A stretch of 64,000 nt of DNA. Origin: a virus. Its lineage: Duplodnaviria; Caudoviricetes. Location: positions 5,587 through 69,586 of the IMG/VR virus record IMGVR_UViG_3300020016_000005. One strand, written 5' to 3'. This document shows positions 57,203 through 64,000 of the stretch, in pieces. Below the pieces are notes generated by a model. The model had not been told where the DNA came from. It saw only the letters and a list, made by a program, of their open reading frames with translations, and ran no database searches. The translations under genes and the position numbers were made by a program. Each line of letters opens with the position of its first letter. Position 1 is the first letter of the stretch.

Positions 57203-57900
57203 TAGCAGGTGCTCATTCGAATATCGAAACAGTCAGTTCGATTATAACAAGAACAGTTACAATCGATCGCCTGCATATTGGCAGTTAGACGCCACACTTC
57301 GCATTGGTCTGCGTTCGGCGCGACCCTGATTGCGACTGTGACGAAATAATGGGCGTAGTTCACGGTGAACGACTCGACCGTGACATGAGGTGTCTCTTGC
57401 ATGGTGTCAGAGATCGTCGTCCCGACACCAATCAGAACCTCAAAAATGGACATTTTGTTGGTCACGTCAATGGCGCTGACGTAAAATCGATCGGGACCGT
57501 TATACCCGCCTTCGGGTATGTATTCGAACAGTCCAGTTTTCTGAACTGTAACTACGCCATGATGGGGTCCCTGAAAAGGAACAAGCTTGAAAGTCATCGG
57601 CTCAACGCCGTCAGGATCTTCAATCATCTCAGTGAGATCGCCTTCAAGAGGCGTATTCGCAAGAGTATCAAATGCCACATTGGCTCCGCCAACCTTTACC
57701 GGCGCGCCAGGAATGACTCCACACAGAGCCATCTGTTCCAGAGCGAACTGTGGCTGGCAATGCAACCGACCGATAGGAACTGCCCACGGGGCATAATTAA
57801 TCGTAAGCCGTGATGTCGTTCCGGGTTTCAAAGCGACCTGCTCACAGCAGCAGACCTGACACGAATCACGGACAGCGTCGTCTACATTAAACTGGAGCAT
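57202..57900 (-). CDS. collar protein with an Ig/cadherin-like domain
   Basis: GLFEYIPEGGYNGPDRF; CQVCCC and CNCSC; resembles the Milano collar protein from recall. Confidence 0.7.
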   Translation of the reverse strand: MLQFNVDDAVRDSCQVCCCEQVALKPGTTSRLTINYAPWAVPIGRLHCQPQFALEQMALCGVIPGAPVKVGGANVAFDTLANTPLEGDLTEMIEDPDGVEPMTFKLVPFQGPHHGVVTVQKTGLFEYIPEGGYNGPDRFYVSAIDVTNKMSIFEVLIGVGTTISDTMQETPHVTVESFTVNYAHYFVTVAIRVAPNADQCEVWRLTANMQAIDCNCSCYNRTDCFDIRMSTC

Positions 57901-57979
57901 GGGTTTCACCTTTGAAGTAGAGTGGTCCCCCACCCCAGCTCGTTCTTTGGGGAGCGGAGTAGGGATGGGGGTTCATCAC

Positions 57980-58078
57980 TTACGGGACGACGGGCGCCAC
58001 GCAAGTGAAGCACGGAGGTGCGGCAAGAGGAGTCGTGGTCCCCGGACCGCAGCCGGGACGACAAGTAACCGGAATCAT
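57980..58078 (-). CDS. 32-aa Cys/Pro peptide MIPVTCRPGCGPGTTTPLAAPPCFTCVAPVVP (putative capsid linking peptide)
   Basis: Hand-translated; AAGGAG RBS; 4 Cys in CRPGC and PPCFTC; missed by the ORF track. Confidence 0.75.
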   Translation of the reverse strand: MIPVTCRPGCGPGTTTPLAAPPCFTCVAPVVP

Positions 58079-58090
58079 TGAGATTCTCCT

Positions 58091-58438
58091 TTATTCGCCA
58101 CCATTTGGTTTCAACCACGAAGGTGCAGAAGGGGGTGGCGTCTCCTCTGCAGCTTTCCAAGGGGGAGGAACTGGCGCCGCTGAGGGCTCCTGCGGGAGTT
58201 CTGGTTCTATGGGTGCTATGGGAGGGGCCGAACCCGGGGGAAGGGGTGCAGCATAGCCCGCTCGCAGCAAGTATTCAGCAATGGGAGAATCAAGTTCAAC
58301 ATCCATTGTGTCGAGTTCCCATTCGATGCGTACAATATCAACGCGAAACGAGGGTCGATACTCGAACCATTGAATCTCTTTATTCCTTCCGCTGACGCGG
58401 AGCATACGGACCTTCAGAGTGTCACTGTCTTCGGCCAT
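58091..58438 (-). CDS. hypothetical protein with Pro-rich tail
   Basis: GGAG RBS; in the head operon. Confidence 0.65.
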   Translation of the reverse strand: MAEDSDTLKVRMLRVSGRNKEIQWFEYRPSFRVDIVRIEWELDTMDVELDSPIAEYLLRAGYAAPLPPGSAPPIAPIEPELPQEPSAAPVPPPWKAAEETPPPSAPSWLKPNGGE

Positions 58439-58815
58439 TCCGTTAGTCTCCGTTTGAAGCGACTTAATCGAGATCGAGTACCCATATAAAGCTCGAGTTC
58501 TACCTTAGCAAGCTTATCATCAGAAGTATCAACTTCTTGAACAATAACGACCTGACCTTTGAAATCGGACATGAAACTAATCGTATGCGCAGGACGTTGA
58601 GAAACTAATCTCATACTTAATGTCGGAAGCATAGTTGGCCGACCGTTGAGAGCAAGGCTATTTGTATCAAGAACATAAGGAGAAAACTGTTCGCATCCAA
58701 ATTCTCTTGCCCAGACATACAGACGTGCGAGACCTGTATCGGGAGGAAGGGCAGCTCGGACGACTATCTGATCGCCCGGCTGCACTTTCACCGCCTTGGT
58801 AGCAGTTCGTCTCAC
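58414..58815 (-). CDS. hypothetical head-region protein
   Basis: GTGA-coupled start inferred at 58815. Confidence 0.55.
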   Translation of the reverse strand: MRRTATKAVKVQPGDQIVVRAALPPDTGLARLYVWAREFGCEQFSPYVLDTNSLALNGRPTMLPTLSMRLVSQRPAHTISFMSDFKGQVVIVQEVDTSDDKLAKVELELYMGTRSRLSRFKRRLTEWPKTVTL

Positions 58816-59228
58816 CGGGGACCAGAGAGAACAGCCACAGCAGTAATCTTTCCGGTGTCTCCACTGACCGCAAACAACTTGACAAACGCGTCCGGCCTGC
58901 ACGGAATGGTAGCCGTGCAGACAGAACCCTTCTTCGTACCAACGGGGAAGATGATCTGAGACTTCGGAGCTGCGATTTCTCCATTTGTGGAGCAGAACGC
59001 AACTATCGGAATATCAGACGCATTAGCGACGTCTCCCATACAGTTGTCTGTAGGGAGAGGAGGTGCCGACCTGACCTCAAACACTGCTTCGGCAGCAATG
59101 TCACTATCGACAGTAAACGTAAACGAGAATCCGTTATGCTGTCGAATATCGATGCCAGGATTGACTGGTCCAGCAAGAGCGGACCAGGCAATGATACCCT
59201 GATGCTGAGAAGCGATATTCAAGTTCAT
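58812..59228 (-). CDS. minor capsid / decoration protein, paralog 2
   Basis: Aligns with the upstream paralog (IDIRQH.F.FTF, GTKKG..CTAT.PCRPDAF, AVL.GPR). Confidence 0.75.
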   Translation of the reverse strand: MNLNIASQHQGIIAWSALAGPVNPGIDIRQHNGFSFTFTVDSDIAAEAVFEVRSAPPLPTDNCMGDVANASDIPIVAFCSTNGEIAAPKSQIIFPVGTKKGSVCTATIPCRPDAFVKLFAVSGDTGKITAVAVLSGPR

Positions 59229-59237
59229 AACAGCTCC

Positions 59238-59630
59238 TTAACGGGGGCCTCCAAGAACAGCCACAGCGAGAACTGTTGCTGCTCCGGTGCCAACCAGTTG
59301 GATGAAAGCATCAGGCCGGCATGGCAGGGTTGCCGTACAGATGGTCCCCTTCTTGGTCCCGGTCGGGATAACGAATCCCGTGGTCGGATCCGGCGGACCG
59401 AACTGCATGCAGGTGAGCGTTTCCGGGACGTCGGTAAACGCACCGGGAACACACGGATCTACATCGCTGGGCGGAGCTGACTGCACCTTGAAGACAGCGT
59501 CGGCAGCAAGATCCGCCGTCGTTTCGAAGGTGAAAGCGAAGTTGATATGCTGACGGATGTCGATCGGACGACCCGCCGTTCCAGTCCAGGCAACGATGCC
59601 GTTGTTCTGGCTCGCCACATTGATATTCAT
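59238..59630 (-). CDS. minor capsid / decoration protein, paralog 1
   Basis: Follows the capsid gene; DPCVPG motif; resembles the Milano minor capsid protein from recall. Confidence 0.75.
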   Translation of the reverse strand: MNINVASQNNGIVAWTGTAGRPIDIRQHINFAFTFETTADLAADAVFKVQSAPPSDVDPCVPGAFTDVPETLTCMQFGPPDPTTGFVIPTGTKKGTICTATLPCRPDAFIQLVGTGAATVLAVAVLGGPR

Positions 59631-59654
59631 GAGAACCTCTACGAGTTGACTTGA

Positions 59655-59864
59655 TTACGCGGCTTGAGGAGCCTTTGGCGAGGCAGCCTTCGGCTTTGCG
59701 GTTTCCTTACCGGGAGAGAACTCCCCCGTATAAGCCATCCGCCGAAACATCTCATTCGAGATGTACCAACCAGAATTAACGGTCTGGTTCCAACGGACAG
59801 GAGGAACTTTTCCCTTCAGCTCAGCAGCCTGCTCGTCCGTTGTAACTTTTGGTTCTTTAGCCAT
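59655..59864 (-). CDS. small hypothetical protein
   Basis: AGGAGG RBS before MAKEPK. Confidence 0.6.
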   Translation of the reverse strand: MAKEPKVTTDEQAAELKGKVPPVRWNQTVNSGWYISNEMFRRMAYTGEFSPGKETAKPKAASPKAPQAA

Positions 59865-59910
59865 CTTGGCCTCCTGGTTGATGTTACCCGCAGGTAACAA
59901 TCAGTTGGAA

Positions 59911-61350
59911 TTACCCAACGGTGAGGATGCGGGCGGCGGGGCAGCAGGCCGTGAAGCCACCGTCCTCGGCGCCGAAGACATACTTCACACACCAAGCGGT
60001 GGACTGACCTTCCCACTGCTCCATCCACAGCGAACGCTTGTTCACCATGTAGTAAGCCTGAGACCAGCTACCAGCCGCCACAAGGAAATCGCCGGCAGTG
60101 AACGGAGCAGCCGCGGAGCCCTTCGTCAGCCCAGCAGTCGGATCGGGCAAACAGTTACTGATACGGATGTTCTCCCGCACATCATTCGGAGAGTAAGTCA
60201 TCAGACCGTCGCCGAAGATGAAGCGTCCGGTGTTGTCAACCTTCGCTGCCAGATATGCGAACATGTTCTGGTGCATCACCGCAGTAACGGGACCGTACTC
60301 GACAGGCGAGCTGGCGTAGAACAGACGGAAATCGATATGATCGAAAGCCGCCGGAGTCGATGTCGCCAACTTGGTGAAGCACTGAGCGTTCAACCAACCA
60401 AGCGGCTCGTTGATACCGTCGCCCACCATCAACGCACGGTTGCGATTGATGCGATAGGAACGCGCCGCCGCACGGAACATGAAGTCCAACAGCGGATAGT
60501 TGGCCTCCTGGAGCACCTTGCGCTGGAAGCAGAACACGCCACGGAAATCGGACACCGCGCCCGACTTGAATTGGATGTTGCCTTCCGGCCCGTACTCGGC
60601 GTCGCACTTCGCATCGCAATCGTACTTGCCGATCTGGCCGTAGTCCATGACCTGCGGGTACATGAACTGGCTCTTGCTGACCGAAACACTGCCGTAGAGA
60701 TCGAGCAGTTCTGCACACTCGATGATGCAGTTCACCTCGATACCCAGCAGCTCCGGCGAGAAGAATGCACTGTCGAGAGACGACGCTTCGAACGCCTTAC
60801 GCTCGATCTCCGTCAGCGAGCGAACGACCTTCTGTTTCGACTCGATGCCGACCGCCATCATCTTACGAACAGCAGAACGATAGGCGCTCGCGTCGATCAG
60901 GTTGTTCATATCGGGCTTGAAGTCGTCTTCCGAGCCGCCCTTGAAGATGTGGGCACGCTTCTGACACTCGACGCCGGCCTTCTTGTCGGATTCGACCAGA
61001 GCGTCACCGCCCTTGATGATCGGAGCGTCAAGCTCCTTCTTCACCTGGTCGAGAGCCTGCGTAAGGGCCTGCTGCGTCGCCACAAGAGTGGCGTAGTCTT
61101 CGGCGTGCTTCAGGACCTTCGCCTTCAGCTCGTCGTTGTCGGCTTTCACGTTGCCGAAGTGAGTCGTCAGGTCCTTGTACTGCTGCTCGGTCTCGGTGCG
61201 ATTCTTGGTCAGCAGCCCAGTGATGTCGCCGAGCTCCTTGGAGAGAAGAGCAAGTGCCTCCTCAGCCGTCTTCTTGTCGACCGGAGCTTCCTTCTTCAGA
61301 TACATGCCCCTGGTCACAATGGCGGGGCTGGCCATGAAACGATTTTTCAT
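59911..61350 (-). CDS. major capsid protein (HK97 fold with delta domain)
   Basis: Coiled-coil N-terminus; NRALMVGDGINEPLG; GC3-rich; 11 Cys. Confidence 0.93.
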   Translation of the reverse strand: MKNRFMASPAIVTRGMYLKKEAPVDKKTAEEALALLSKELGDITGLLTKNRTETEQQYKDLTTHFGNVKADNDELKAKVLKHAEDYATLVATQQALTQALDQVKKELDAPIIKGGDALVESDKKAGVECQKRAHIFKGGSEDDFKPDMNNLIDASAYRSAVRKMMAVGIESKQKVVRSLTEIERKAFEASSLDSAFFSPELLGIEVNCIIECAELLDLYGSVSVSKSQFMYPQVMDYGQIGKYDCDAKCDAEYGPEGNIQFKSGAVSDFRGVFCFQRKVLQEANYPLLDFMFRAAARSYRINRNRALMVGDGINEPLGWLNAQCFTKLATSTPAAFDHIDFRLFYASSPVEYGPVTAVMHQNMFAYLAAKVDNTGRFIFGDGLMTYSPNDVRENIRISNCLPDPTAGLTKGSAAAPFTAGDFLVAAGSWSQAYYMVNKRSLWMEQWEGQSTAWCVKYVFGAEDGGFTACCPAARILTVG

Positions 61351-61363
61351 GTGGTGATTCCTT

Positions 61364-62146
61364 CTAGAGCATCGATTTGATGCGGGCGAGTTGATCGCGA
61401 ACTGGTTGCAACAATTGTACATCCAGCATGGGATGCTCGTCTCCAGGCGGTTCAACCAAAGGCTGCTGCCTGTCTAGGAACAGATGCGAGTTCGCTTTCA
61501 AGTAGTTCGCCAACTTGTGCGCGTCGCGTCTGCCTCGACACAGCCCATTGGCTACAAGAGCCTTCTCGAGCTGTGACATTGTATCGTGATTCTTGATGAA
61601 GGTCATCTCTGCCTCGAGTTGGGCAGGGAAGACCACAACACTGACTTCCATCAGTTCGCCAGTCTTGATGAGAAGGTATTCTCCGTCTTCGGATTTCTCT
61701 TCGTCGACGTACGAAAATTCATCAAGCGCGAAACCAACGCTGAAATTGAGACCACCGTTCTGCAGAGCAACCTCATGAACGTCCTTGACATAAGAGACGT
61801 TCAGATTCAGCTGCCCTTCTATCTCGAGGTTGTCGCCGACCGTCTTGAGCTTCGAGATCACACCAGCGGGTTTGCTCCAGTCGTGGTAGGCAAGAAGCTT
61901 TATACCACGAGGACCAGTGAGACCCTTCTGACGAATGGATTTGTCGAATGCTCCTTTGAGCACCTTGTGACCATAAAGGTCGACAGACGGAGTGCTCGCG
62001 ATACCAGCGAAGAACCCTTCGGGCTGGTTCTCCAGCTTGGTCTTTGCAAGCTCCATCGAAAGATCGAGGTTGATCTGATCACCAGACCTGTACTTCTCGT
62101 TGGCCTTGGTAATCAGGTCGCCCTGTCTGTGATGCTTGATGGTCAT
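61364..62146 (-). CDS. HK97-family prohead protease
   Basis: GAFDKS, LAYHDW..PAG, FSVGF and LMEVSVVVFPA. Confidence 0.92.
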   Translation of the reverse strand: MTIKHHRQGDLITKANEKYRSGDQINLDLSMELAKTKLENQPEGFFAGIASTPSVDLYGHKVLKGAFDKSIRQKGLTGPRGIKLLAYHDWSKPAGVISKLKTVGDNLEIEGQLNLNVSYVKDVHEVALQNGGLNFSVGFALDEFSYVDEEKSEDGEYLLIKTGELMEVSVVVFPAQLEAEMTFIKNHDTMSQLEKALVANGLCRGRRDAHKLANYLKANSHLFLDRQQPLVEPPGDEHPMLDVQLLQPVRDQLARIKSML

Positions 62147-62157
62147 GGACCTATCTC

Positions 62158-63483
62158 TCAGTTTACGAGCTTGAGCGGAGGAGTTGCTTTGTCAACGGGC
62201 TCTACGACATTAGGATCTACGGGATCCCCGCCGTCTGTCGGAATCGGTGTTGACGTAGTCGAACCAATCAACGATGGTAGAGTGTTATCCTCCTCGAATC
62301 CAAGGATCTCTCTCTTCTCGTTGGTGGTAAGGAAGTTGACGTGGCTGAGGGTTTGTCCGAGCTTGGCGCGCCCCTCCCAAAGAGCAGGAATTGCATCATA
62401 GTCAAAAGCCACCCGAGCACCGTAAGGGCAGATACAAGCACTGAGACCCGCACTAAGAGGAGCAATGTAATTGGGGACCACAGTATCCTGCCATAACGCC
62501 AGGCGGGATTGCTCATAATTGTTCGAATACTTTGCCGAATCAGCATTGCTCAGACCCAACAGTGCAATCGGTACACCAAAGACACCCGCGATAATTCGCG
62601 TCATGTCATCCAGTGGAATCTTTGAGTGAATGTCACCCATCTTATTGTCCAGAGTATGGACTTCAATCTTCGTGTTGTAGAGGAAGAGAACGTTTCCGCT
62701 ATTCTCTTCACCAGGACCAGCAGATTCGAGATGCTCCTTGAGAGCCTCGACCTGTTGCTTTGTAAGAGTCTTATCCGATGTAACCACATACTTAATATTT
62801 GGATGTCCGGAAGCTGTGTCAAGCGCACGCTGCATCAGACACTTGATAATCATCAAAGGAATCATCAGCGACTCAATAGCCGCCGGAGACTTATTATATT
62901 CAATCAGACCGGAGAGACTAGGAAAAGAGATCTCAGCAGCATAAGCTTCTCCAGGGGAAGCTTTGCGCTTCGAAGGATACCTCTGCTCTTGTTGCGTCCC
63001 TTCACCATAGACATAGGTATCAATGGTGCCGCGCGTATTCGGAATCCCCTTCATATACTTGGTAGCGAGAGGATAGATCGCGTTCGGAAGTCCGCCTGTG
63101 CCTATACCCACCTTGAAATGAACACGAGAATAGAGCATCAAATTCATTGTCATCCAATAGCGCAGATTCTCCGGAGTAAAGTTATCATTCGGAGACTTGA
63201 GAAGGCTATTGATTGCCTTGATCTTCGCGGGAGGAGCCTGCTCACTCTTTGGAACATCCGGATCAGGCACACAGAACCAAGGAATAGCCTGGGCGCTCGA
63301 GGCGACAAGGTGCGTCACACGATACAATTGAGGAATGCTGCGCTGCGCCTCTTCGGCTCCCATGATCGCCGCGGAAGATACAAGACGAATCGGCTGACCA
63401 GAGATCGTGAAGATCGGGCTTACCGGTTCCTCGACAGCTTCCCGCTTCGGAGGCTTCTTAACTAACTGGTTGAAAGGCCACAT
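62158..63483 (-). CDS. HK97-family portal protein
   Basis: LLKSPN, DDMTRIIAGVFGVP and LTTNEKREILG. Confidence 0.9.
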   Translation of the reverse strand: MWPFNQLVKKPPKREAVEEPVSPIFTISGQPIRLVSSAAIMGAEEAQRSIPQLYRVTHLVASSAQAIPWFCVPDPDVPKSEQAPPAKIKAINSLLKSPNDNFTPENLRYWMTMNLMLYSRVHFKVGIGTGGLPNAIYPLATKYMKGIPNTRGTIDTYVYGEGTQQEQRYPSKRKASPGEAYAAEISFPSLSGLIEYNKSPAAIESLMIPLMIIKCLMQRALDTASGHPNIKYVVTSDKTLTKQQVEALKEHLESAGPGEENSGNVLFLYNTKIEVHTLDNKMGDIHSKIPLDDMTRIIAGVFGVPIALLGLSNADSAKYSNNYEQSRLALWQDTVVPNYIAPLSAGLSACICPYGARVAFDYDAIPALWEGRAKLGQTLSHVNFLTTNEKREILGFEEDNTLPSLIGSTTSTPIPTDGGDPVDPNVVEPVDKATPPLKLVN

Positions 63484-63687
63484 CTAGACTTTGCGCCTTC
63501 CTGAGGAAGTCACTGGAGATTGGGTCTGAGAAGAAGTAGTGCGGGCCTGGAGTGACTTACTCTTAATGCTCACGGTCCCCTCCGCAGGACGTTGATTCGG
63601 AACATGAGAAACACTCATGCTTCTATGACGCTGTCCAGTAGCGTAACTAGAACCTGAAGAAAAACTTTTGCCGCAATTGCATCCCAC
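63484..63687 (-). CDS. small basic Ser-rich protein starting MGCNCG
   Basis: Between terminase and portal; ORF track. Confidence 0.6.
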   Translation of the reverse strand: MGCNCGKSFSSGSSYATGQRHRSMSVSHVPNQRPAEGTVSIKSKSLQARTTSSQTQSPVTSSGRRKV

Positions 63688-63707
63688 GATCAGATACTCC
63701 TATGTGA

Positions 63708-64000
63708 TTACCAAAGCTTCACAACGCCGCCGAAAGGATCGTCATCGTTCGAAGGATTCGTGATGGCGTCCTCTAGCGCATAACGAGAAGAATCCCATCC
63801 ATGGTTATTAGCGTCGACTGGGATTCTGCCTGGCAAGACCTTACCGGATAGTTTATCCGTCATAAACGAGTAGAGCCGCGCCTCATCGCGCATTTGCTCG
63901 CATTGCGGATGGATGACGATCTTGTATCCCGACATGAAGTTGATGCCGGACTTAACGGAACCTGGACCCTTCTGGGCTCCGACGATGTTGGGAAAGCCCC
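63708..64000 (-). CDS. terL: terminase large subunit, C-terminal nuclease end (5'-truncated by the window)
   Basis: Open to the window edge; GAQKGPGSVKSGINF and DANNHGWDSSRYALE. Confidence 0.85.
   Translation of the reverse strand, partial: GFPNIVGAQKGPGSVKSGINFMSGYKIVIHPQCEQMRDEARLYSFMTDKLSGKVLPGRIPVDANNHGWDSSRYALEDAITNPSNDDDPFGGVVKLW

Noticed and set aside
59761-61380. 539-aa + strand ORF
   Set aside because: Antisense shadow of the major capsid gene
1-64000. tRNA genes, integrase/att sites, preQ1 riboswitch
   Set aside because: None recognised by eye; tRNAscan-SE and Infernal searches would be needed to exclude them formally

Overview
A 64-kb slice of a tailed dsDNA phage genome (contractile tail, HK97-fold capsid). 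The host is probably an alphaproteobacterium, inferred from promoter style and similarity to Agrobacterium phage Milano/7-7-1. There are two convergent arms meeting at a terminator near 30.43 kb. The + strand arm (1-30.4 kb) holds early, replication and nucleotide genes: primase-helicase, Sak4-like ATPase, SSB, Cas4-like exonuclease, SF2 helicase, ThyX, sliding clamp, family-B polymerase, resolvase, MazG-like protein and many small ORFs. It also holds a complete 7-deazaguanine DNA-modification cluster (queE, gat-queC, queD, folE, dpdA; predicted product dG+) with an extra nucleoside 2-deoxyribosyltransferase-like gene inside it. The - strand arm (64-30.45 kb) holds the end of the terminase, portal, protease, capsid, two paralogous decoration proteins, collar, neck, sheath, tube, a chaperone with a -1 frameshift site, tape measure and a Mu-like baseplate. 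These are followed by a ~12-kb array of six fibre-like and two Cys-anchored receptor-binding genes built from shared modules. Virion proteins are strikingly Cys-rich, and several Cys/Pro micro-ORFs missed by the ORF track have good RBSs. No CRISPR array, tRNA, integrase, reverse transcriptase or endolysin was recognised. All family assignments come from motif reading and recall; no database searches were run.
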